Shown piece by piece: positions 17,996 to 27,393 of a DNA stretch of 64,000 nt. A program made the translations under genes and the position numbers. The stretch is from a bacterium (lineage in GTDB: Bacteria; SAR324; NAC60-12), in contig OZ242383.1 of the NCBI GenBank assembly GCA_965209155.1, positions 4,032,001 to 4,096,000 on the forward strand, read 5' to 3'. How positions within the stretch are numbered: the first letter of the stretch is position 1; each line of letters opens with the position of its first letter. Below the pieces are notes generated by a model, which saw only the letters and a list, made by a program, of their open reading frames with translations, searched no databases and was not told the DNA's origin.

Positions 17996-18859
17996 TCAGC
18001 AGTTTTTTCTGCCATGTTGTGCCCAAGCTGCTCCTCTACCCTCTCCCTTCATGGTACGCAGGCAGGAGTCATGGTCTTGTTCATTCGATTGAGTGGGGTC
18101 CTTCATGCCAGTTCCCAAATAGGATTCAATCACCATTTCATTGGAACGAACTTCTTGCGCGCTTCCTTCAAACAATATAGCGCCCTCGGCCATCACGATC
18201 ACCGGGTCACAGAGTCGAGCAATGAAATCCATATCATGTTCAATCATACAAAAGGTGTAACCCCTTTCTCTATTTAAACGTATAATGGAATCGCCGATCA
18301 TTTTGAGCAGGGTGCGGTTCACGCCGGCACCCACTTCGTCCAAAAAAACTATTTTGCTTTCGACCATCATGGTGCGTCCCAACTCCAGTAGTTTTTTTTG
18401 ACCCCCGGAGAGATTGCCTGCCAATTCCTCTGCCACCAGAGAGAGTTGCAGAAAATCAATCACTTCGTCTGCTTTTTCACGGTTGATTTTTTCCTGAGCA
18501 CGGACCCTGGCCCCGTTGAACCATGCTTGCCAAAGACCTTCACCGGCTTGGTTTCCCGGAACCATCATCAGGTTTTCACGCACCGTCAAGGTAGAAAACT
18601 CGTGGGCGATTTGAAAAGTGCGAAGCAGTCCCTTGTAAAAGACCTGGTGGGGTTTGAGTCCGGTGATATTTTCCCCATCGAGATAAACATTGCCTGACGT
18701 GGGAGTCAGGACACCAGCTATCACATTGAACAAAGTGGTCTTCCCGGCGCCGTTGGGTCCGATCAAACCGGTGATGGAACCTTTGGCAATTTCCAGTGAA
18801 ACCCCGTTTAATGCGCGGATTCCACCAAATAACTTATGAATATTCTCAACACGAAGCAT
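17996..18859 (-). CDS. livG: ABC transporter ATP-binding protein (LivG-like)
   Basis: GPNGAGKTTLFN, RTFQ, LSGGQKK, IEHDM motifs. Confidence 0.92.
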   Translation of the reverse strand: MLRVENIHKLFGGIRALNGVSLEIAKGSITGLIGPNGAGKTTLFNVIAGVLTPTSGNVYLDGENITGLKPHQVFYKGLLRTFQIAHEFSTLTVRENLMMVPGNQAGEGLWQAWFNGARVRAQEKINREKADEVIDFLQLSLVAEELAGNLSGGQKKLLELGRTMMVESKIVFLDEVGAGVNRTLLKMIGDSIIRLNRERGYTFCMIEHDMDFIARLCDPVIVMAEGAILFEGSAQEVRSNEMVIESYLGTGMKDPTQSNEQDHDSCLRTMKGEGRGAAWAQHGRKNC

Positions 18860-18885
18860 AGGCAGGAATCATCAGGGACAGGAAA

Positions 18886-18911
18886 CCATGCCTGACTTTC
18901 GCCAGGCATGG
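18886..18911 (-). terminator. Hairpin between the SBP gene and livG
   Basis: CCATGCCTG-actttcgc-CAGGCATGG. Confidence 0.55.
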
Positions 18912-18942
18912 ACAAGTGCGCAGTCTGTTTTGGCAATGTATA

Positions 18943-20127
18943 CTAATGATATTGAACGACAGTATATTTGCCGTTTTCAATAACCTGTTCCTTGTAGGAG
19001 CCGAAAGTTTCACCAATGTCATTCAATTCAACATTGCTGGCCCCCACGTAATCAACGTCGCCACCATCGGCTAGTATTTGCAGGGCTTTGGCTAATTCAC
19101 CAGGCATGATCATTTCACCAGGCGCGTTTGCAACGTCCATCACTTTCGATTGAATCGCCGCACGGTCCACCGAACCCGCTGCTTGTATTGCCAGGATAAT
19201 CAGGGCGGCCGCATCATAGGCTTCACCGACAAATGGACCGGAACCATCCAATCCGGCTGCCATGGCGATATCTTGAAAATTAGTCGCACCTGCAGAATCA
19301 CTACCCGGGACCGTAGTTACAAAGCCTTCGATGCTATCCCCGAGATTTTCTATCAACGACATACCTGCCATACCATCGGCACCAAAGAAACTGCTGAATG
19401 CTCCGGTGTCCAGTGCAGCCTGCAAGATTCCTTTACCGCCCTGGTCCACATAACCGAAAACAACCAGATGTTCCGCTCCGGTAGCAGACAGCGCTCCAAC
19501 TTCCGCAGTATAGTCCGCTTTGCCATCCTCGTGGGCTGCGGTCAAACCAATCGTTCCTCCAATCGCTTTGAAAGCGGCACCAAAGGAATCAGCAAGCCCC
19601 TTACCATAGTCGTTATTGGTGTAAGTTATAGCCACGTTGGTGACACCGCGACGCTTCAGGATATCCGCCAGGACTTGTCCTTGACGGGCATCCGAAGGCG
19701 CAACCCGGAAAAAATATCCGTTGTCGTCCAATGTGGACAAAGCAGGGGACGTAGCCGATGGCGAAATCATAACTACGCCATTGGGGATGGCCACGTTGTT
19801 GGCCACTGCCATGGTCACTCCGGAACAATCCGCTCCCATAATAGCGGCCACCTTATCTGAGGTGATCAGACGTTCAGCAGCAGCCGTTGCGGCAGCAGCG
19901 TCTGTGCAGGTACTGTCCCCGCGTACCGATTCAACGGTCCGACCACCCAACAAGTTGCCACTTTCGGAGGCCTCTTGCATCGCCAGCTCCGCCCCTTGAG
20001 CAATTGCGGGCGTCAGCGATTCGATGGGTCCGGTAAAACCTACCAGGATTCCAATTTTTATGGAATCAGCGTAGGCGTTCGTCATTAATAATGCGCTCAT
20101 TATTGCGATTAAAGTATATTTTTTCAT
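18943..20127 (-). CDS. Branched-chain amino acid-type ABC substrate-binding protein (LivK/LivJ family)
   Basis: Signal peptide, IKIG..GFTGP, GADCSG, ISPSATSP, FFRVAPSD, NNDYGKG motifs. Confidence 0.92.
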   Translation of the reverse strand: MKKYTLIAIMSALLMTNAYADSIKIGILVGFTGPIESLTPAIAQGAELAMQEASESGNLLGGRTVESVRGDSTCTDAAAATAAAERLITSDKVAAIMGADCSGVTMAVANNVAIPNGVVMISPSATSPALSTLDDNGYFFRVAPSDARQGQVLADILKRRGVTNVAITYTNNDYGKGLADSFGAAFKAIGGTIGLTAAHEDGKADYTAEVGALSATGAEHLVVFGYVDQGGKGILQAALDTGAFSSFFGADGMAGMSLIENLGDSIEGFVTTVPGSDSAGATNFQDIAMAAGLDGSGPFVGEAYDAAALIILAIQAAGSVDRAAIQSKVMDVANAPGEMIMPGELAKALQILADGGDVDYVGASNVELNDIGETFGSYKEQVIENGKYTVVQYH

Positions 20128-20476
20128 TTTTCTCTCCAGTTCAATTAATTAATTCGATTTACCAGGGCTCGCATCCGATCGATCACTCGATACGGTGGGA
20201 GAGTTTAGCATCTCCCTGAACCATGGATTCACAACATCCAGGCAACGTAAATTCCAATCATTCCAGGTCCTCCGAACAATAGGCATACGTTGTTTTCAAA
20301 TTCGGATGTCTTACATTCAGGGGGTTGTATCACACGATCTCCTGCATTGAGAACAAAAGGAACTCACTGATCTTCATAAACCACCCTGAATCAACCTTTA
20401 TAGCAGAAAATGAATTGAAACCCAATGCTATGATAGTGAACTATGTAATAATTGGATGAACCAATGTTTCTTTGAA

Positions 20477-22177
20477 TCAACGACGTTTTGCCCAATGCAA
20501 CCAACGCAGGGCATGTGATTCACGAAGCAAAAGGAGCACTGCGAAATACAAAATGACGGCCCCCGTAATCAGTCCACTGAACACACCCCAATTCTTCAAG
20601 GAAAATGAGCCCGTCTGCCACTCTCCCCACTGGGATAATTGCCAGACAAAAAAACCCATCAAGGCAGAAGCGAATAAATACTTCCAAATATTGTTCCAAG
20701 CCAGCCAGTGCCAACGTATTTCAGGACGCCGTCCCAGTAAAAGCACGAGCAACAAACATTGAAACCAAGTCCCTGCGGATAATCCCAGGGCTAAACCGAC
20801 GACTTCCAGGGTGCGGCTCCACCACCAGCCGAGCCCTCCGGTCACCAGCAGGCTCAATGCTGCAGCAACCACCGGGATTTTAGTCTCTTTGCAGGCATAG
20901 AATACGGACACCAGCAGTCTGATGGCGGTCACTGCGGGAATCCCCAAAGCAAATGCTTGCAAAGTGGGAATGGTTTGCTGTACATCGTTCAGGTTGTAGG
21001 CACCGCGCAAGTACATCATGGCAATGATGGGTTGCGCTCCTATCACCAATCCCATGGTGGAAGGTACTACAAAAAACATGGAAGCGGCAAAGGAGAAACG
21101 CAACGTCTCTGTCGTCTTGTCCCAATCTGCTCGGGCAGTGTACTGACTCAGGTTCGGGAAACTGGCTGCGGCAAAAGCAAAAGCAAATAATCCCGCCACC
21201 AACTCCGTCAAACGGCTTGCATTGTAATAATACGTCACCTGCCCCAATGGTAAAAAACTGGCAATGTTGCGCAAGATGATAATGTTGACCTGGTAAACTG
21301 CCACTCCAAATAAAGCAGGCGCCAGCAATTGTAAAAGACGGTGAATATGGGGGTCGTTCCAGGGCCAACGCGGACGAATGGACTGCAATAGAGATCCGTC
21401 GAAGCATTGTCGCAAAACAAGAGTCTGTAACAAGATCTGCAACATTCCTCCCAGCAGTACCCCCCATCCCAGGGCCACAATCGGTTTGTCAAAATAAGGA
21501 GAAAGGAAGAAAGCTGAACCTATGATTCCCAGGTTGAGCAATATCGGCGCAGCAGCCGGAGCCGCAAAGTGTTTTTCCGCATTCAAAACGCCCATGGCCC
21601 AGGCAACAACTGAAACAAAAATCAAATACGGAAACATCAAACGGGTCAAGTCCGCCGTCAATTGAAATTTTTCAGCATCGCCATGGAATCCCGTTGAAAT
21701 GAAATAGACGAGTTGTGAACTGAAGATCATTCCCAAAGCCGTTAAAAAAAGAGTCGTCCAGAGTACCAGTCCCAGAGTTTTCTGAGCAAATTGTCTCGAC
21801 TGGGAGATCCCCTCCTTTTCACGGACTTCGGTATAAACGGGTACAAAAGCCAGGGTCATGGAACCTTCTGCTGTCAACCTGCGTAAAAGGTTGGGAATGG
21901 TGAAGGCTTGGATAAAGGCGTCAGTGACCATCCCTGCCCCAAACACATAAGCAATCACCAGGTCCCGTATAGCTCCCAGAATTCGAGAAATTAAAGTAAA
22001 GAAAGTAATGGTCCCCGCACGCTGGTACAATTCAGTGTCTGCTTCCACGTCATTTGTCAGTCGAACGGGCAAGATATCTGATTTTGCTTTTTTATCGCTG
22101 CCTTTTCCCTTAAAATTCAACTTTTCCAAAAACAGAGCACTCCGGCTTGAGGGTTGCGCAAAGTTGCGGTAGATCAC
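20477..22177 (-). CDS. murJ: Lipid II flippase MurJ (MviN); true start probably downstream of 22177
   Basis: SRILGAIRD, DAF..AFTIPNLLRRL.AEG, F.PVY motifs and many TM helices. Confidence 0.93.
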   Translation of the reverse strand: MIYRNFAQPSSRSALFLEKLNFKGKGSDKKAKSDILPVRLTNDVEADTELYQRAGTITFFTLISRILGAIRDLVIAYVFGAGMVTDAFIQAFTIPNLLRRLTAEGSMTLAFVPVYTEVREKEGISQSRQFAQKTLGLVLWTTLFLTALGMIFSSQLVYFISTGFHGDAEKFQLTADLTRLMFPYLIFVSVVAWAMGVLNAEKHFAAPAAAPILLNLGIIGSAFFLSPYFDKPIVALGWGVLLGGMLQILLQTLVLRQCFDGSLLQSIRPRWPWNDPHIHRLLQLLAPALFGVAVYQVNIIILRNIASFLPLGQVTYYYNASRLTELVAGLFAFAFAAASFPNLSQYTARADWDKTTETLRFSFAASMFFVVPSTMGLVIGAQPIIAMMYLRGAYNLNDVQQTIPTLQAFALGIPAVTAIRLLVSVFYACKETKIPVVAAALSLLVTGGLGWWWSRTLEVVGLALGLSAGTWFQCLLLVLLLGRRPEIRWHWLAWNNIWKYLFASALMGFFVWQLSQWGEWQTGSFSLKNWGVFSGLITGAVILYFAVLLLLRESHALRWLHWAKRR

Positions 22178-22286
22178 GTCGATTAATTTTCTGAATGCCC
22201 TTTAGACGCATTTGCTCGTTACTCATCATAAGGAGTAGCAACTGCAGGATTCCTGCTCAACCGATAAAACAATACCGTGACGGAAA

Positions 22287-25200
22287 ATGACAATGCATCC
22301 ATCATACAAAGGATATTTTCGCAATCCAACTGTTTTTCAAGATCAAGTGGTATTTGTCTGCGAAGACGATCTCTGGCAAGTTCCCTTATCCGGGGGGCGC
22401 GCTTTGCGACTCACCAGCTCGAGAGGTCGCATTTTTTCACCAAGTTTTTCACCAGATGGACGATGGTTGGCTTGTTGTGGCCGGGATGAGGGACAAAATG
22501 ACATTTATCTCCTGCCTGCTACTGGCGGACCTCTGCGGCGTTTGACCTTTTTAAACACCGACATGCGCGTGGTGGGTTGGATGCCAGGGGGGGATCGGAT
22601 AATTTTTTGGAGTACTCATCAATCCGTTCATCAAAGTGCGGACGCTCCGCTCTATACGGTGGGGATCGAAGGAGGTGTTCTGCATAAATTGCCCTATGGC
22701 CCTGCGCACTTTATTGACTTTTCTCCCGATAACATGGGTATCGTTTTGGGTAGAAATGCAGCGCACAATTTTCGCTGGAAACGTTATCGTGGGGGTATGA
22801 CCGGAGAAATTTGGGTTCGTGCCAACGGCAAAAGGAAATTCGCGCGATTGCGAATCGGAGGGTCTCGCCTTTCGTCACAGGGTAATCCGGTGTCTCCTTT
22901 TTGGATGGGTTCCCGTCTCTATTTCGTGTCCGACCACCAGGGAATCGGCAATCTCTATTCCACTCTTTCCAATGGCAGCGATTTGCTCCAGGAAACGTTT
23001 CATGAAGAATCATATGTTAGGAACCCGGCAACGGACGGCCAAACCATCGTCTACCATGCGCACGGCGATCTTTATTCTCTCAATCCCGTTTCCAAAGTCC
23101 ATCAGGCAATTGATGTCGAGTGGCGTAGCCCGCGAGTCCAATTGCAGCGTAAGTTCTTCTTCGGAGATGAATATCTGGAAAATGCAGCGATTCATCCTGA
23201 AGGCCACTGTGTGGCTTTAACAGCGCGAGGAGCTTTGTTTTCCATGCCTCTCTGGGAAAAAGCCGTTACCCAGCATGGACGGAATCAAGGAATTCGCTCG
23301 AGGTTGACGCAATGGCTGCCTGATGGTCGCCTTGCAACTTTGCTCGACCTGGAAAAAACGGTGGGTTCCCAGGCTACCAACGAAATATTGCCGTCGGAAG
23401 AGAAACTGGGAATCTTTTCGCATTATCCCCAATTGGAACCCGAATTGATACTGGATCTGCCTCCGGGACGGGTGCAAAGCATGAAAAGCGCGCCACAAAA
23501 AAATCGAATCGCCTTGACGACCAATCGGATGGAGCTTTTCTTACTCGAAATCGATTCCCAAATTCTAACCAGACTCGATGATTCTCCCCTGCGTGAAATT
23601 CGAGACATCGCCTTTTCTCCGGACGGTAACTGGTTGGCCTACAGCAAACATCTGACATTGGAATTAACGGCCATCTTCCTGGTCAATTTGGAAAATAAAA
23701 CCGTGCACCAACTGACCCAACCTGTACGCTACGATTTTGCGCCGGCTTTTGATCCTCACGGTTATTATCTTTATTTCCTTTCCTCTCGCACTTACAATCC
23801 GGTTGCTGACACTGTACAGGTTGGAGTCACATTTTCCCGCTCAATCAAACCCTATCTCATCACCCTGCAAAAGGAAACCGGGAATCCTCTTTCTCCTCAA
23901 CCTCATGCTCCTGGTAAAAACAAAGACCCTGAAGACGACGGACGCCAAACAAGTGGACCATTGGAATATATCGGTGGATTATACCAGGCAGACGAGAAGG
24001 ATGCGAAGGCAACACAAGAAAAGATTGAAAAGACGCCTCTCCAAGATTTGACAATCGATTTGGAAGGCATTGAAAACCGGATTGTCGAGCTTCCGGTGGC
24101 AGAGAGCTTATATGAGCAAATCATCGGGCTCTCAAACAAAGTCCTCTTTACCGAGTTCCCCCTTACTGGAGAATTGGAAGAACACGAAGACGAAGAAAAA
24201 AGCGAAAAACACAAGGGAGTCCTGTGGTGTTATGATTTTAAAAAACAGGAACTGCAAGAGTGGTTTCGAGAGGTGTCCTGGATGGAAACCACACCCTCTG
24301 CGCAGACACTACTCTATATCTCGGCAAACCGAATACGCGTTGTGGAAGCAGTTCAACCCGTTCCGGATGAAAACGAACGCTACCCGGATGGAGATGAAAC
24401 ACTTGCCAGTCGCAAAAACGGGTGGCTCGACCTGACTCGAATTCGTATTTCAGTCGATTATGCCGCAGAATGGGAACAAATGTTTCGGGAAACATGGCGA
24501 TTGCAAAGAGAATTCTTCTGGCGCAAGGATTTGTGCGGAGTGGATTGGAATAAAATTTACGAACAATATGCCCCCCTGGTGAAGAGAGTAGGGGCTCGCT
24601 CCGAACTTTCCGATTTGATTTGGGAAATGCAAGGCGAGTTGGGGACATCCCATGCTTACGAGTATGGTGGAGATTATCACCCGTCTCCGGAATACTGGAT
24701 TGGTCGCTTGGGTGCTGATTTGGAGTATGATCATTCCTTGAAAAGTTACGTCTTCAGAAAAATTTACCAGGGAGATATCTGGAAGAAAAATGAACATTCT
24801 CCCTTGTGCGAGCCCGGACAGTTCATCGAGGAGGGAGATTGTCTCGTCGCAATTGGCGGGGTCCCCTTGGATGCCGAAACCGTCCCGGGTCAATTATTGG
24901 CCCACCAAGCAGGACAGGAAGTGCTGTTGTCCATAAAGGCGCCTGCTGAGAAAGCGGAGGTGCGTCATGTCTTCGTAAAGACTCTACGCGATGAACAACC
25001 AGCACGATACAGAGATTGGGTCAAGGGCAATGCGCGTATGGTCCGGGAAAAAACAGGCGATCGAATCGGATACCTTCATATTCCCGATATGCAGGCGCGT
25101 GGGATTGCAGAATTCCATCGAGGATTTTTGTCACAGACCAACAAGGCAGGGTTGATCATCGATGTGCGTTTCAATTCCGGAGGCATGGTTTCTCCACTGA

Positions 25201-25667
25201 TTCTGGAGAAACTGACTCACCGCCATCTCGGCTACGATGTTCCGCGCTGGGGAACGCCGGAGGCGTATCCTTACCACACTCTACTCGGCCACTTTGTCGT
25301 GCTGGCCAATGAATTTACCGGATCGGACGGAGATATGTTTTGTCAAAGCATCAAAATGTTGAAGCTGGGAAAGATTATCGGCAAAAGGACATGGGGAGGT
25401 GTGATCGGGATCGACAATCGATACCACTTGGTGGACAGAACAATGACCACCCAACCTCAATACTCAGCTTGGTTCCATCACACGGAATGGTCGGTGGAAA
25501 ACTATGGCGTGGATCCGGATATTGAAGTGGAATTCTCACCAGAGGCTTATGCGGAAGAGTCCGATCCTCAATTGGAATCTGGCATCCAAACAATGCTCGA
25601 TCTCCTGGAAAAAGAGCCCGTGTCTGAAATTCGCTTTGATCCGGCCAGCCGTCAGAAAATTTCTTAA
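22287..25667 (+). CDS. Tricorn protease homologue (peptidase S41 with beta-propeller and PDZ domains)
   Basis: VFVCEDDLW, WKRYRGG, GELGTSHAY, IGYLHIPDM, DVRFNSGG, GSDGD, GKRTWGG, ENYGVDPD. Confidence 0.95.
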   Translation: MTMHPSYKGYFRNPTVFQDQVVFVCEDDLWQVPLSGGRALRLTSSRGRIFSPSFSPDGRWLACCGRDEGQNDIYLLPATGGPLRRLTFLNTDMRVVGWMPGGDRIIFWSTHQSVHQSADAPLYTVGIEGGVLHKLPYGPAHFIDFSPDNMGIVLGRNAAHNFRWKRYRGGMTGEIWVRANGKRKFARLRIGGSRLSSQGNPVSPFWMGSRLYFVSDHQGIGNLYSTLSNGSDLLQETFHEESYVRNPATDGQTIVYHAHGDLYSLNPVSKVHQAIDVEWRSPRVQLQRKFFFGDEYLENAAIHPEGHCVALTARGALFSMPLWEKAVTQHGRNQGIRSRLTQWLPDGRLATLLDLEKTVGSQATNEILPSEEKLGIFSHYPQLEPELILDLPPGRVQSMKSAPQKNRIALTTNRMELFLLEIDSQILTRLDDSPLREIRDIAFSPDGNWLAYSKHLTLELTAIFLVNLENKTVHQLTQPVRYDFAPAFDPHGYYLYFLSSRTYNPVADTVQVGVTFSRSIKPYLITLQKETGNPLSPQPHAPGKNKDPEDDGRQTSGPLEYIGGLYQADEKDAKATQEKIEKTPLQDLTIDLEGIENRIVELPVAESLYEQIIGLSNKVLFTEFPLTGELEEHEDEEKSEKHKGVLWCYDFKKQELQEWFREVSWMETTPSAQTLLYISANRIRVVEAVQPVPDENERYPDGDETLASRKNGWLDLTRIRISVDYAAEWEQMFRETWRLQREFFWRKDLCGVDWNKIYEQYAPLVKRVGARSELSDLIWEMQGELGTSHAYEYGGDYHPSPEYWIGRLGADLEYDHSLKSYVFRKIYQGDIWKKNEHSPLCEPGQFIEEGDCLVAIGGVPLDAETVPGQLLAHQAGQEVLLSIKAPAEKAEVRHVFVKTLRDEQPARYRDWVKGNARMVREKTGDRIGYLHIPDMQARGIAEFHRGFLSQTNKAGLIIDVRFNSGGMVSPLILEKLTHRHLGYDVPRWGTPEAYPYHTLLGHFVVLANEFTGSDGDMFCQSIKMLKLGKIIGKRTWGGVIGIDNRYHLVDRTMTTQPQYSAWFHHTEWSVENYGVDPDIEVEFSPEAYAEESDPQLESGIQTMLDLLEKEPVSEIRFDPASRQKIS

Positions 25668-26740
25668 AGCGCTCCAAGAGAGTCGATCACATTTTCAGCA
25701 ATCGTGCGAAAGGCTTTTGCAGCAGGCGCATGGTTCTGCCGTGCCATCAATGGCTCTCCCGTATCCCCTCCCTGACGAATTTCCAATTCAATAGGAATGG
25801 AGCCCAAAAACCGAACACCCAACCTCTCACTTTCCCTTTGAGCACCATGCGAACTGAAGATGGGAGTTTCTTTCTGACAATGCGGACAGAGGAAAAAACT
25901 CATGTTTTCAACAATTCCCAATATGTCGATATCGACTTTGCTGAACATCGTGACGGCTTTCGCCGCATCCAGCAATGCCACGTCCTGGGGTGTGGAAACC
26001 ACCACCGCACCCGATATTTCCACGGTCTGTGAAAGCGTCAGTTGCGTGTCTCCGGTTCCGGGAGGTAAGTCCAGCACCATGAAATCTCCACCCGGCCATC
26101 GGGTGTCACGCAGCATTTGTTCGATCGCCTGATGTACCATTGGTCCCCTCCAAATCATGGAAACCGATTCATCCACCAGGTTACCGATGGAAAGCGCGTT
26201 GATGCCATATTTTTTCAGAGGCAACAACTGATTTCCATCGATTTCGGGTTTCCTGTTCCTCAACCCCATCATAATAGGCAAGCTGGGACCATAAATATCG
26301 GCATCAAAGAGGGAAACCCGATTTCCCATCTTTGCCAAAGTGAGGGCTAAATTCACGGCGACCGTCGATTTTCCCACACCTCCTTTTCCACTGGCAACGG
26401 CAATCACGTTGTCATAATTCTGCAAGTAAGCGGTGCGCTGCGGTTGTTGGGCAGATCGGGGTCGTTCTTGATGGGGTTTGCTTTCTTCTTCCGGAGGTGA
26501 TTCTGCCAGAATTTCCACGGCAACTCGACTGATTTGAGGGATTTCTTTAATCTTTGCTTCTATTTGCGCGGGAAGCGATTGACGGAATGCGGATCCTTCT
26601 TCCAAAATTATGGTGACTTTAGCGAAATCGTGATTGACGACACAACCATGCACGATATTGGCTTCCAGTATATTTATTCCTGAATCACCATACGGAATTT
26701 CCGCGAAAGTCGATGCGAACTGTTGTTGCAGATCATCCAT
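25664..26740 (-). CDS. mrp: Mrp/ApbC/NBP35 Fe-S cluster carrier ATPase
   Basis: ASGKGGVGKST, DADIYGPS, WRGPM, DLPPGTGD, ENMS..CP.C; ORF track start 26758 (TTG). Confidence 0.93.
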   Translation of the reverse strand: MDDLQQQFASTFAEIPYGDSGINILEANIVHGCVVNHDFAKVTIILEEGSAFRQSLPAQIEAKIKEIPQISRVAVEILAESPPEEESKPHQERPRSAQQPQRTAYLQNYDNVIAVASGKGGVGKSTVAVNLALTLAKMGNRVSLFDADIYGPSLPIMMGLRNRKPEIDGNQLLPLKKYGINALSIGNLVDESVSMIWRGPMVHQAIEQMLRDTRWPGGDFMVLDLPPGTGDTQLTLSQTVEISGAVVVSTPQDVALLDAAKAVTMFSKVDIDILGIVENMSFFLCPHCQKETPIFSSHGAQRESERLGVRFLGSIPIELEIRQGGDTGEPLMARQNHAPAAKAFRTIAENVIDSLGAL

Positions 26741-27393
26741 TTTGACCCTCGTATTCAATGAATTGTGGTTCTGAGTACTATCAAACTACCATCAAATCCC
26801 GAGGACGGCAAGGTGTTAAAGAATGGCTGCTTGTCATTCTTTTTCTTTTATGATTTCAAGAAACCTCGTTTGATTGAAGTTTTTTTTCCTGGCACGGCGA
26901 CTATGTAACAAACCCTTTATTCTATTTTGCACAGTTTTGTCAAACTGTTAATTAAAATGGTGACAGGGTACTGCATTTTCGCTTCTTCGGGGTGGTATTT
27001 TCGACCTGATGAATGGAGGGAGTCGCTTTTGTCGATGGAATTCCTTAATACAGGGTCGCTGTCTGAACGGTCATCCCCAGAAATTGAATATAACTCCCTC
27101 TGTTAAGTCTCGATCAAGCTAAGATTGGCATGTATTCATTCTTCTTTGTTTCTTCGGCGTCTGGCAACGCCAATAAATTTACTACCCTTGATAAATGGTC
27201 GTTTGATGTCTCATGAGAAAAAGCAGATACCTCCACATGGACTCTAGTCAGTACATTCCAGCGGGTTGGTCTGCGCCAATTCAAGGAAGAGTTGGAAAAA
27301 CGATTTGCCTCTGCTATAGATACTGACAGAGAGATTATGGAAAAAAGGGGGTAAAGTGTTTTCCGTTACAGATACACTCAGGAGTCAGGTCTC

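Noticed and set aside
20128..20470. Riboswitch upstream of the Liv-type SBP gene
   Set aside because: Only a short GGGAGA...TCTCCC hairpin; no glycine, TPP, SAM or cobalamin consensus recognised
26760..27393. ncRNA or sigma54 promoter in the long intergenic region
   Set aside because: TGGCAC near 26890 lacks a properly spaced TTGC element; no convincing structure seen
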